From: an uncultured virus (IMG/VR IMGVR_UViG_3300011725_000001)
Taxonomy: Duplodnaviria > Heunggongvirae > Uroviricota > Caudoviricetes
Virus record (IMG/VR): IMGVR_UViG_3300011725_000001
Span: 62,001 to 93,023 of that record
DNA: 31,023 nt
Reading direction: 5' to 3' (one strand)
A program made the translations under genes and the position numbers. This document shows positions 7,774-16,896 of the stretch, piece by piece. The first letter of the stretch is position 1, and each line of letters begins with the position of its first letter. The notes under the pieces are model-generated. The model was not told the DNA's origin. It worked only from the letters and a program-made list of their open reading frames with translations, and did no database searches.

Positions 7774-7800
7774 GTGGGGATGTAATTTCAGTATCCCCAC
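7774..7800 (+). terminator. hairpin downstream of the ATPase gene
   Basis: GTGGGGAT...ATCCCCAC 8-bp stem; no strong T-tract. Confidence 0.4.
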
Positions 7801-8522
7801 AATATATCAAATTAATTACTAGCTAATTTGCAAATACCTGCACCTTTAATTATCAATCTTTATTTGTCTAAATTGGCAATTTTAGATAGGATGATGGTTG
7901 CCTGACAGTCTTTATTTCCATCGTTTCAAATATATTCAAGGCAGCTAACCCGCCGATTCGATGCATGCAATGTCCGCTTCTGGCACATAGCGGACGTTAT
8001 GTCCGCGTCTCATATTTTACCGATGCTAAGTTCATAAACTAAGCAAGGTTTACGGGGCAAAGGGTAAGTTTGATTACAGCGTGAATATGAGTAAGTCAGG
8101 CACGACGGAAGGATTACGGTTTGAGGATGAAGCCGGGGAGCCGTTGCCGGATAACCTTTACAGCCAGGTTGTCCACCGCTTAGCCCGTGACACTGTAACA
8201 AACTGGTCGAACACTGTCAGCCACCTGCTGAAAAGCTACCGCTGATCTGGATGGGCTGGCCGAACCAGCCCTGAATACAGGTTTCTAAAACAGTCTTTAG
8301 GGAACGCATACCCCAAAGTAGAAAAATTCAATTTTAGCTGGTACTAATTTTAGATAATTCACTCCGCGCAGAACTATTTACGCTCTGCTTCACGCCCCCG
8401 TAACAGCCCTTAACCTTAACCAAACTTAATCCAGCCAGACTGGCATAAATTCATAGCACGATGAAAATCTGAATGGGAAAACTCTAAAATGCGCGTTTTG
8501 TAATCCACGCAAAATTAACATC

Positions 8523-8539
8523 ATTTAGAATCGCATGTA
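8523..8539 (-). promoter_or_regulatory. candidate C1-type operator upstream of lpa
   Basis: Reverse complement reads TACATGCGATTCTAAAT; the P1 lpa promoter is C1-controlled. Confidence 0.6.
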
Positions 8540-8562
8540 TTATTTTTGTGGCGGAGTGATAC

Positions 8563-8970
8563 ATGGTCAAAAAGGTGAGCAGTATAGAGGTGGCGGATCT
8601 GCTGGTTCGCTATCGTGATTATATGACGGTAGCAGAGGTTACCCGGCTGGTGGAAGCAAAGTACCCGCACTTATTAGTCAATCCCGGTATCATCACTAAT
8701 ATTCTGCGCTCTTTTGTCCGCTCTCCGTTTGCGCAATGCTGCGTACACCCTGACGCTTATCCACGTCAGTACCGCCTGGATGCGTTAAAAGGCTACACCT
8801 TCAAAGCGCGCGGCCGCCCGGACATTGACTACGATTCGCTGATTGTTACCAGCGCCACGAAGCGCCGCCTCCAGTCAAAGGAAATGGAGCTACGTTCTGT
8901 ATGCGTAATGGCAAGGGAACTGATGGACAGGTGTATGCGGGGAAGGATAGAAAACACCCCGCTCATGTGA
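8563..8970 (+). CDS. lpa: late promoter activator Lpa homolog
   Basis: SIEVA...KYPHL...PRQY...VMAREL resembles recalled P1 Lpa; GGAG RBS; upstream of pacA. Confidence 0.75.
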   Translation: MVKKVSSIEVADLLVRYRDYMTVAEVTRLVEAKYPHLLVNPGIITNILRSFVRSPFAQCCVHPDAYPRQYRLDALKGYTFKARGRPDIDYDSLIVTSATKRRLQSKEMELRSVCVMARELMDRCMRGRIENTPLM

Positions 8971-8978
8971 ACGGGGTG
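8955..8978. terminator. hairpin between convergent lpa and parR
   Basis: CACCCCG...CGGGGTG. Confidence 0.5.
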
Positions 8979-8990
8979 GAGAAGGCAGGA

Positions 8991-9578
8991 TCAGCTTTTC
9001 GCGCCTGCCGGGTTTATCAGGCTGCGCCCTTTACCCGACTTTTTGCGCGTTGAGCCAAACACCTTCGCTTCACCTTCCGAATCTGCGTCAGGGGCAACTG
9101 ATGCAGACGTTTTCTCTTCAGGATTGCTGGCTTCGGCTGCCGGCTCTGCTGGTGGCACCGGGTTCTGCTCTGGCTCTGGCTCGCTTACAGTGGCCACGGG
9201 TTCCGGCTGTGATACCGGGGCTGCAGCTGGTGGCTCTGCAGGGGCTGGCGCGGCCTTTACCACTGGCGCTGGCGCAGGCTGTACGTCTGACTCCGGCAGC
9301 TCCGGTACATCTTCACACATAACGACGTTAATCAGGCTCAACAGACGCTTCATACGGTCGCGCTGGTTCATCTTCATGAACTTTTTGCCGTCAGTCGTCT
9401 GTATCAGCTCAATAAGGGTGCTAAGCCCCATTTCATCCACTGCGTACCCGTTGCGCACTATGCGCGCCAGATAGTTACGCTTATGGCTGTGGCTTGCCAG
9501 ACCATTGTATGACTTTAAAACGGCGGAACCGAAAAGCCCATCTTCTTCCAGGCCTACAATTCTTAATACCTGACTCAT
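8991..9578 (-). CDS. ParR/StbB-like partition adaptor with long Pro/Ala/Glu-rich linker
   Basis: Directly downstream of parM (2-nt gap); compact N-terminal domain, disordered linker, basic tail. Confidence 0.6.
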   Translation of the reverse strand: MSQVLRIVGLEEDGLFGSAVLKSYNGLASHSHKRNYLARIVRNGYAVDEMGLSTLIELIQTTDGKKFMKMNQRDRMKRLLSLINVVMCEDVPELPESDVQPAPAPVVKAAPAPAEPPAAAPVSQPEPVATVSEPEPEQNPVPPAEPAAEASNPEEKTSASVAPDADSEGEAKVFGSTRKKSGKGRSLINPAGAKS

Positions 9579-9580
9579 GA

Positions 9581-10708
9581 TTAACCTTTATCGCTGACGC
9601 GACTGGTAATATCGCTGACGTTGCTGGCGTCTTTTACCATATCGCGCAATTCATCTTCTGCATCCATCAGTGCAATGAATACGCCGCGTGCGTTAGCCTC
9701 TTCCGGGTTCTCCGGCACCATGACCACATCATGCCAGTCCGCTGTAAAGTCGGTCAGCCCTTCCTGACGGCCAGCCAGATAGTTAGCGCCGCCACCTACC
9801 ACCAGCACTGCATCAACCGCAATGGCGTTACGCAGCAGAGAGCGCACGTCGCGCCAGATTTCTGCTGCCAGCTCGCCTGCGGCCTGATTAATTACGCTGG
9901 TGACGTCGATACGCTTGGCTTTTGCTGCTTCCAGACGTGAGCCGATATAGCCCTGACGGATAATGTCGTCGATTGCACCTGGCGGGATCTCTTCTGCATT
10001 AAAAGAGCGGCCAGAGGTGACTTCAAACTCCTGCAGCAACACGCGAACGCGGTTGATCATCTTCTGAATGCCATGCTCAAAGCTGGCCTTTTTGATTGGA
10101 ACCAGTTCTTCATCAACGATAGCGATATCACAGGTGAAGCGGCCAATATCCACTACCAGAATGGTCTGCGCTTCTTCTTCCAGCTCCGGGAACTCAGATT
10201 GAGCCGCCAGAATAGCCGGGATTGCTTCCGGGAATACCTGTACGTGCTTAATGCGCGCTGGCTGTACGTCGTCGCTGTAGTTGCGCACAGGCTTTTTGAG
10301 GCTGGCAACTTTCTTATCAATACGTGCCTGATTGATTACGCCGTTGCCGCTGTAGTACTGCCCGATAGGCAGCGTCTCACCAAGAATGACGTCGCAGTCC
10401 ACGATACCCGCGCGTTTCAGGCATTCATGCACCAGCACGCGGTGAGGCGCGGAGATCTGATAGTCCGGGTCGCAGGTGTCGTAGAGGTCGGTAAAGCCCT
10501 TTTTAACGACGGTGTATGCGGTCTCTTTGCCAAAGTCGCCTTCTGTCAGCCAGATAGAGGAGGCGTTGCTGGAAATAGACTGCTGGTGGCCTACTTCAAC
10601 AAGGGATGGCGTGATACGAGAGACCCACTGACCTTTTTCCTCATAGGCGATAGTCACGTTTCCGGAACCAGCATCCACTGCTACTAAAACTGCTTTCTTG
10701 TTAGACAT
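9581..10708 (-). CDS. parM: actin-like plasmid segregation ATPase ParM/StbA
   Basis: Actin-fold motifs VAVDAGSG, VFPEA, VVDIGRFTCD, VVGGGA, ANARG. Confidence 0.9.
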   Translation of the reverse strand: MSNKKAVLVAVDAGSGNVTIAYEEKGQWVSRITPSLVEVGHQQSISSNASSIWLTEGDFGKETAYTVVKKGFTDLYDTCDPDYQISAPHRVLVHECLKRAGIVDCDVILGETLPIGQYYSGNGVINQARIDKKVASLKKPVRNYSDDVQPARIKHVQVFPEAIPAILAAQSEFPELEEEAQTILVVDIGRFTCDIAIVDEELVPIKKASFEHGIQKMINRVRVLLQEFEVTSGRSFNAEEIPPGAIDDIIRQGYIGSRLEAAKAKRIDVTSVINQAAGELAAEIWRDVRSLLRNAIAVDAVLVVGGGANYLAGRQEGLTDFTADWHDVVMVPENPEEANARGVFIALMDAEDELRDMVKDASNVSDITSRVSDKG

Positions 10709-10893
10709 TTATTTACCCAATGGTTAATTTCGTACTTCGATTGAGACATAAAAATAACACAGTTTTTTATAAAAGTGTCTCTGCATCTGACAAATTCAGA
10801 TGCGTTTGCGCGCTTCGTGATCATTATTGTGATCACTGCAAAATACAGACTCCTTACCATCCCGGTTTATTGGCCTCATTTGAACGATAAACC

Positions 10894-12189
10894 ATGTCCA
10901 AAGTTAACTGGGATGAACACAGAAGGGCTTTCATTGAGCAGAAGGCCGAGAGCGGGATAACCGTCAAAGAGTACTGCGAGTACCATGGCCTGCCATTCAA
11001 CACGGCCCGCCGGGAGCTGAACGGTAAAGCGCTGGCCGCGATGGGTGATCAAAGTGGTGATCACAATCATGATCATTCGGATGATCACGCTTCTGATCAT
11101 CAAAATGATCACACCAGAAAAGACGACCTCACCATACGCCGGAATGGGCGCAAACTCAGGCACAGCGCGGCTTTAGAGGGGGTGCTGGAACCACGCGCTG
11201 ACGCAGCGCCGCAGCCTGGCGGGAAGAAAAAGCCTAATGCTTCACATGCCAAAAAGATCATAAATGACGGTGATCAAAGTGAAGGACGCCCGAAGCACAC
11301 CGCAAAGCCCCGCGGCGAGGGTAAACCGTTTGAGGAAGGCCATGAAACCAAGCTGGTTGCCAACCGGCGCGCCTACCCGCGACCGCAGGATTATGAGTCC
11401 GCGTTAGAGGTGCTGGGCGAGGGGCTGGAAGCCAGCGCCATGACGGCGCTATTTGACTCGCTGGCGCATATGGACCTGCTTAAACGCACCACGGCGCGTG
11501 CGGTAGAGCTGTTTGAGCTTGAAGCCGAAAACATGGCCAGCGGCAAAAAGAAGGATGACGACGGCGGCGGCGGCGGCGGACCACACCCTATCCTGAAAAT
11601 GACCAAGCTGATGATTGAAGTCGGCTATCTGGTTAATGACCACGCCTCACGGGTAGCGGCGATCGCCGGCAGTACCGATAAGAACCGGCGCGACAATGAG
11701 AAGCATGCGCTGACGCATAATGCCGGCGAGGTTATCAGCCGCGCATACCAGCTGCGCGAGGCGGAGGACTGGGATCTGCTGCAGACGGCAGAGTACATCG
11801 AGCGCCACGGCATCAAACTGCCTGAGTCACTGTCCAGACGTCTCGAAAACGAGCTCAAGAACGCCGAGCCACCGGTAGATGAAAGCGGTCAGGTCAGCGA
11901 GGCGGAGCTGGAACTGGAGGCGCAGGAGTATCGCCGGCAACAGGCCGCGTCCGCTGCCTTTGTTGAGACGCGTCGCGCTGAGGTTGCCGTGCTGGTGGAC
12001 AAAGGCGGGTTTGGTGACGTCCAGGCAGACGGAGAGCTGCGCGCCGGCGAAACCGCAGGCGAGGGCAATCTGAGCGGCAACTTTGACTATGAGGCTACTG
12101 CTGACCTGTACGACGACGATATCCCGCCGGAGATATCCGTTATGACCGATACGATATCCGTTATGAAAGACAAGGATGGCGCAGAATGA
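10894..12189 (+). CDS. pacA: terminase small subunit PacA
   Basis: N-terminal HTH WDEHR...TVKEYCEYHGLPFNTARREL; internal TGATCA cluster; overlaps the pacB start. Confidence 0.88.
   Translation: MSKVNWDEHRRAFIEQKAESGITVKEYCEYHGLPFNTARRELNGKALAAMGDQSGDHNHDHSDDHASDHQNDHTRKDDLTIRRNGRKLRHSAALEGVLEPRADAAPQPGGKKKPNASHAKKIINDGDQSEGRPKHTAKPRGEGKPFEEGHETKLVANRRAYPRPQDYESALEVLGEGLEASAMTALFDSLAHMDLLKRTTARAVELFELEAENMASGKKKDDDGGGGGGPHPILKMTKLMIEVGYLVNDHASRVAAIAGSTDKNRRDNEKHALTHNAGEVISRAYQLREAEDWDLLQTAEYIERHGIKLPESLSRRLENELKNAEPPVDESGQVSEAELELEAQEYRRQQAASAAFVETRRAEVAVLVDKGGFGDVQADGELRAGETAGEGNLSGNFDYEATADLYDDDIPPEISVMTDTISVMKDKDGAE
11046..11276. other. pac packaging-initiation site (Dam-site hexamer array inside pacA)
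   Basis: TGATCA at 11046, 11058, 11070, 11082, 11094, 11106, then AGATCA 11255 and TGATCA 11271; P1 pac is a TGATCA/G hexamer cluster within pacA. Confidence 0.8.
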
Positions 12190-13697
12190 GCGGAAAAAAA
12201 CGCATCAGGAGCGTCACCACGGACCCGCGCTGGCGCGATATGGTGATCCGCTATCGCTATGACTGGGCGACGGCGGTAGTCGAGCTATTTGGCCTTATCC
12301 CCACCTGGCAGCAGGAAGAGATACTTAACTCCGTACAGGAGACCGGAAGCCAGACTACAGTAACGTCCGGCCACGGTACCGGCAAATCATCCCTGACGGC
12401 TATGATGCTGCTGATCTACATGATCATGTTCCCGGATGCGCGCGTAATCATCGTGGCCAACAAAATCGGGCAGGTTAAAACGGGCGTATTCAAATACGTC
12501 AAAACCTACTGGGCTAACGCCGCCAAACGTCACCCCTGGCTACAGAACTACTTCACCCTGACGGACACCATGTTTTATGAGAAGTCGCGTAAGGGGATAT
12601 GGGAAGTGCTCTGTAAGGGCTTCCGCTTGGGTAATGAAGAAGCGCTGGCCGGCGAGCACGCCGCGCATATCCTGCTGATCCTCGATGAAGCGTCAGGTAT
12701 CTCTGATAAAGCGATAGCTATCATGCGTGGTGCGCTGACAGAGACCGATAACCGCATGCTGATGATGTCGCAGCCCACGCGGCCAAGCGGCTATTTCTAT
12801 GACTCGCACCATTCGTTAGCCCGTAACCCCGATAACCCGGACGGGATCTGGAATGCCATTGTCCTTAATTCTGAGGAGGCGCCGCACGTCACCCTGAAGT
12901 TCATCAGGGAAAAGCTGCTGGAGTACGGCGGGCGCGACTCTCTGGAGTACATGGTGAAGGTGCTGGGGCGCTTCCCGCGCAACATCAGCGGCTATCTGCT
13001 GGGGCGTGACGAGTGCGATCGCGCTGCACGGCGCAAAGTATACCTGGAGAAAGGCTGGGGCTGGGTGGCTACTGCTGACGTCGGTAACGGGCGCGATAAG
13101 TCGATACTTAACATCTGCAGGGTGTCCGGGCATGGTGATGCGCGGCGCGTGGTGTCGTTTAAGCTGGTGGAAATGCCTGGCACGATGGACCCGATATCCT
13201 TCGGTGACTTCATCGCTAACGAGTGCACGCATGAGCGCTATCCGGGGATCACGATTGCCGTCGATGGTGATGGCGTGGGTTCTGCCACGCTGAAGCAGCT
13301 GGAGCGCCGGGGCGTGAATGCGGTCAATATCCGCTGGGGGCAACCGCCGTTCAGTAAGAAGGTGCGCGAGCGCTTCAAGAATCAGCGCGCCTGGGCGAAC
13401 ATCATGGCCGCTGATGCTGTCCGGTCCGGCAGGATGCGCATAGACGCCTCTCAGCACACAGCGGAGCAGGGATCGAAGATACCGTATTACATGGATGAAA
13501 TGGGGCGGATCATGATGGTGCCGAAGCCTCAGATGCGCCAGAAACTCAACATCAAGTCGCCTGACCGCTGGGACACGTACTGCTTTATCTTCCTGATTGG
13601 TTACCGTCCGGCAGAGGCAGAGATTGACGAAGGCATGGCAGACTTTGCGGAGAGCAAACTCAAAGAGCTGGAGGAGCTGGACGCGCTGCTGGCGTGA
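12186..13697 (+). CDS. pacB: terminase large subunit PacB
   Basis: Walker A SGHGTGKS, LAGEH, Walker B LILDEASG, nuclease motifs ADVGNGRD and SPDRWD. Confidence 0.95.
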   Translation: MSGKKRIRSVTTDPRWRDMVIRYRYDWATAVVELFGLIPTWQQEEILNSVQETGSQTTVTSGHGTGKSSLTAMMLLIYMIMFPDARVIIVANKIGQVKTGVFKYVKTYWANAAKRHPWLQNYFTLTDTMFYEKSRKGIWEVLCKGFRLGNEEALAGEHAAHILLILDEASGISDKAIAIMRGALTETDNRMLMMSQPTRPSGYFYDSHHSLARNPDNPDGIWNAIVLNSEEAPHVTLKFIREKLLEYGGRDSLEYMVKVLGRFPRNISGYLLGRDECDRAARRKVYLEKGWGWVATADVGNGRDKSILNICRVSGHGDARRVVSFKLVEMPGTMDPISFGDFIANECTHERYPGITIAVDGDGVGSATLKQLERRGVNAVNIRWGQPPFSKKVRERFKNQRAWANIMAADAVRSGRMRIDASQHTAEQGSKIPYYMDEMGRIMMVPKPQMRQKLNIKSPDRWDTYCFIFLIGYRPAEAEIDEGMADFAESKLKELEELDALLA

Positions 13698-13713
13698 CCA
13701 CCAGCCAGGCAAT

Positions 13714-13739
13714 AAAAAAGGGCGCTTGTGCGCCCTTTT
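13714..13739. terminator. bidirectional terminator between pacB and c1
   Basis: AAAAAAGGGCGC-TTGT-GCGCCCTTTT. Confidence 0.8.
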
Positions 13740-13751
13740 CATGCTGTCCGG

Positions 13752-14828
13752 TTATACCTTTCTGAGCTTCTGCGCACGCTCCACCAGCTGCTGCAGAGTA
13801 TGGCCACTGCGGCGACCAAACTCATTTGCATAACGCGCGCGCATTTCTGGCACGGTCAGCAATTCAGTGTCGCCGGCTGCTGTTTTCATGTTCATCAGTT
13901 CACGATCCATGGCATTCAGTTCAGCAACGGCTTCTGCGCCAGCTTTAATCTTCTCCTGCGCTTTCTGCGCCTGCTCCTGCGTGTCGGAGCGCAGCATCAG
14001 CGCCTCGCTGCGCTTTTTAAACAGGCGTTCGCGCTGGTAGATAGCCGTCTCAATGACGTAAATCTGCTTGTGGTGGAGCTTGGCGGCGTCCACGTCGTCC
14101 ATCAGGTAAACAGTGGCGGACGGCAGCACAGCGCATGGCAGCGGCTTTATCAGGTCAAATACTGATACTGCACCGCTGGAGGGATTCAGGTTTGCCGTGA
14201 AATCCGTTTTAAGATCCATGTGCTCGCTGTAAATCAGCATGCCGTGAGCGCCGTAACGGTAGTTATCCACGTTTCTTTCATCGTTCGGGCTATCAAACCG
14301 CGCCATAACCTGCGTATCGAAGTAGTTGCTCATGCGCAGGCGGTAAAGCGCCCCTTCCGGTGCGTTTTCAAAGCCCTTCATTTCCTCTTTCAGTGAGAGG
14401 ATAGCGCCGGCAGCAAAAGGAACCTTATCCAGCTTACGCAGCTGCTGGTGATAGCGGTTCAGAATGCTCTCACGGGTGGCTTTGCCTGATGACGTTCCGG
14501 GAAAACGGGTTACTGTTACCTTGCGCGGGTTTACCATGATCGTCGGTACCGGCGAGTAGCCCGAGATATGGACGGCCAGCGTTTTAGACTGGGTCTCTGC
14601 GCGCTTGGCGTCCGCCAGGTCTGCAAAGCGCTGCCATTCGGTAATCAGGTGCTGTGCACGGTCCAGAATCTTTTTGTCGTTCGTGAAGGCAATCGGGCGT
14701 GCATCTTCGCCATTGGCGTTTTCCTCTGAGTACACGATTAGAGGTGTAATGAGGCCGAACCATTCACGCTGAACCTGCAGGAAATGTTTATAGCTTTGTT
14801 CAAATTCTACGTCGCTAAACTTAGGCAT
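13752..14828 (-). CDS. c1: C1 master repressor homolog
   Basis: YSPVPTIMVNPRKVT and SVFDLIKPLPC..LPSATVYLMDDVD align with recalled P1 C1; convergent to pacB as in P1; start taken at the ATG of MPKFS. Confidence 0.8.
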   Translation of the reverse strand: MPKFSDVEFEQSYKHFLQVQREWFGLITPLIVYSEENANGEDARPIAFTNDKKILDRAQHLITEWQRFADLADAKRAETQSKTLAVHISGYSPVPTIMVNPRKVTVTRFPGTSSGKATRESILNRYHQQLRKLDKVPFAAGAILSLKEEMKGFENAPEGALYRLRMSNYFDTQVMARFDSPNDERNVDNYRYGAHGMLIYSEHMDLKTDFTANLNPSSGAVSVFDLIKPLPCAVLPSATVYLMDDVDAAKLHHKQIYVIETAIYQRERLFKKRSEALMLRSDTQEQAQKAQEKIKAGAEAVAELNAMDRELMNMKTAAGDTELLTVPEMRARYANEFGRRSGHTLQQLVERAQKLRKV

Positions 14829-15201
14829 AATGTGTTCCAAAAATTTTTAGGCGGCAGCTGTGCAGTCTCTCTGGACTTAATAAGCGGAAATATAGACGGG
14901 CAAAGAAATGCTGTAAAACGATAACTTCTTAGAAACCCCTATATTAAGAATAGTCCGTATTTAGTGACCTTATAAATTATCTACAAGTCCGCATGTCTCT
15001 CACAGGTGTTATCGCCGCCGTTACGCTTTATGTTACCTGCAATGTTACGAGTCAGAACTATAACCCGAAGTAACAAACCAGACTGCCAGATGATCATATA
15101 TGAAGCCCTGAGACCGATCACGCGGAAAAACCTCCCGGATTCTAAATTTTACACTTTTCTGACGCTTCAGCACGCGCCGCGCCTGTTTTTGGCCGGAAAA
15201 T

Positions 15202-15235
15202 GAAACTTTAAATAATTACTCTTATATAAAGTTTG
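15202..15235. other. 34-bp lox-type recombination site (rox/pox-like)
   Basis: GAAACTTTAAATA-ATTACTCT-TATATAAAGTTTG: 13-8-13 with 11/13 arm symmetry, about 200 bp upstream of the recombinase. Confidence 0.88.
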
Positions 15236-15437
15236 ATAGCTTTCATGTATGCTTGATCAGTAGTTGGATGATCAAATGATCAGTTGGTGCAAAACGTGGC
15301 ATTCTGTACAGATTCTGAGCTAAACAGCAGTGAGGCATAGTCAGACGCCGCTACGTGAAATCTGACGCATAACCCCCCTGACGTTTTGATAACTTTTGCG
15401 TAGCGACGCCATGCCGTTTTTTAAGGAAAATATATAA

Positions 15438-16469
15438 ATGAAAGATTTGGCGGAAATTAAAAGCAGCGTGATTCCGGCGGAATTAACCGTATTAACGCCG
15501 CAGGACGTCGCTAATAATCTGCGCCGCTTTATTGCGGATAAAGGCGCTTATTCTGAGAACACCTTTCGTGACCTGCTTTCGGTGATCCGCCGCTGGGCGA
15601 CGTGGTGCAGCGCGCGCGGCCTGACGTATCTGCCGATCGACCCGGAGCTGGCCCGCATTTACTTTTTGTCCATGGCGGAAAGCGGGCTTGCATCGAGCAC
15701 CATCGAAAAGCACTACGCCATGATGAACATGCTGTGCAAGCAGTGCGGCCTGCCGCAGCTGCTGCTGAACGTGGACGTGCAGCGCGCCATGAAGCGCATC
15801 AAGCGCGAGGCCGTGGTGGGCGGCGAGCGCACCGGCCAGGCTATCCCGTTCCGGCTACCGGATCTGCAGCTGCTGTCGCACATCATGGGGCGATCCGACA
15901 AACTGACCGATATGCGCAATCTGGCGTTTCTCTACCTGGCCTACAACACCCTTTGCCGCATGTCCGAACTGAGCCGCATCCGGGTGCGCGATCTGGATAT
16001 CGACGAAAGCGGCCATGTGATCGTTAACCTGACCCACACAAAAACGATGGTGACCGCTGCCGGCGTGATAAAGCACCTGAGCAAATCTGCCGCCGGCCAC
16101 CTGCTGCGCTGGCTGGACGTGTCCGGGCTGATTAACTGCCCCGACGCCGTGATATTTGGCCCCGTCCGCCACAACAACACAGCCGGCGTATCGGAAAAGC
16201 CCATGAGCGCCCCGGCCACGGAGAAGATTTTCAAAGATGCGTGGGATTTGCTGGGTAAAGATCCGGTTAAAGACAATAAAGGGCGCTACACGAAATGGTC
16301 CGGCCATAGTGCGCGCGTGGGCGCGGCGATGGATATGGCGGAGCGCGATGCTACCATCACGCAGATCATGCAGGAAGGCACCTGGACTGACCCAAAAACC
16401 GTTATGCGCTACCTGCGCCGCTCTGAAAGCCAGAAAGGCAAAATGTCCGGGATTCTCGACGGAGAATGA
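15438..16469 (+). CDS. cre: Cre/Dre-family tyrosine recombinase
   Basis: 343 aa; catalytic R (LCRMSE), K (HTKT), GHSARVG, W (GTW), Y (MRYLR); closely resembles recalled Dre. Confidence 0.95.
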   Translation: MKDLAEIKSSVIPAELTVLTPQDVANNLRRFIADKGAYSENTFRDLLSVIRRWATWCSARGLTYLPIDPELARIYFLSMAESGLASSTIEKHYAMMNMLCKQCGLPQLLLNVDVQRAMKRIKREAVVGGERTGQAIPFRLPDLQLLSHIMGRSDKLTDMRNLAFLYLAYNTLCRMSELSRIRVRDLDIDESGHVIVNLTHTKTMVTAAGVIKHLSKSAAGHLLRWLDVSGLINCPDAVIFGPVRHNNTAGVSEKPMSAPATEKIFKDAWDLLGKDPVKDNKGRYTKWSGHSARVGAAMDMAERDATITQIMQEGTWTDPKTVMRYLRRSESQKGKMSGILDGE

Positions 16470-16480
16470 CCGATATGAAA

Positions 16481-16497
16481 CACACATAATTCTAAAT
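16481..16497 (+). promoter_or_regulatory. candidate C1-type operator downstream of cre
   Basis: CACACATAATTCTAAAT, at the position equivalent to P1 Op2a. Confidence 0.6.
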
Positions 16498-16563
16498 AAA
16501 TTACCGTTGTAACTTGGCGTTTTTTAGCCCACAATTCAGGCCGTCCCGCACCTGCGATTAACG

Positions 16564-16896
16564 ATGGCCACACAACAGATACTGCTGCACCGCACCTTTG
16601 ACATAGACGCCCACCAGCTGAGCTTTACCGCCATTATGCGCGGCGGAGTTGCGCTGGTGGAGTTTGGTGTCAGCACCCTGTCAGAAGCAGCCCCGCTGCT
16701 TACCCTCGATAAGACCTACCGCGACCGACACAGCGCCTGCTACTACGTTTCCAACATCACCGACCGCGCCGCAAATAAACTCCTGGAGTATTACAGAAAG
16801 GAATTTGCCGGATTTGTCGGGCTGGTGGACGACGCATTCAGCCAGCAGGGTAAACCCATGTTCAGCAGCCGCCAGCGGCTTTTTGCGGGGCAATAA
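16564..16896 (+). CDS. hypothetical phage protein
   Basis: 110 aa; TAATG coupling to the next ORF. Confidence 0.7.
   Translation: MATQQILLHRTFDIDAHQLSFTAIMRGGVALVEFGVSTLSEAAPLLTLDKTYRDRHSACYYVSNITDRAANKLLEYYRKEFAGFVGLVDDAFSQQGKPMFSSRQRLFAGQ

Larger units (their letters stand above)
4871..7995. mobile_element. AT-rich two-gene cargo cassette bounded by inverted hairpin repeats
   Basis: Left end reverse complement TCCGCT-CCTCGCTCAT-AGCGGA (4871-4892) versus right end TCCGCT-TCTGGCACAT-AGCGGA (7973-7994), 19/22 identical; abrupt shift to AT-rich sequence inside. Confidence 0.6.

Noticed and set aside
10709..10893. parC centromere iterons
   Set aside because: No convincing direct-repeat array seen, only palindromes
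12132..12166. Direct repeat GATATCCGTTATGA twice at the end of pacA
   Set aside because: In-frame 21-bp-period micro-duplication in a disordered tail; no evidence of function
14921..14954. Second lox-like site beginning ATAACTTCTTAGA
   Set aside because: The left arm resembles loxP, but the right arm is out of register and poorly symmetric; 15202-15235 is far better
14841..15200. coi / imc genes expected by P1 synteny
   Set aside because: No ORF I can support by motif or RBS
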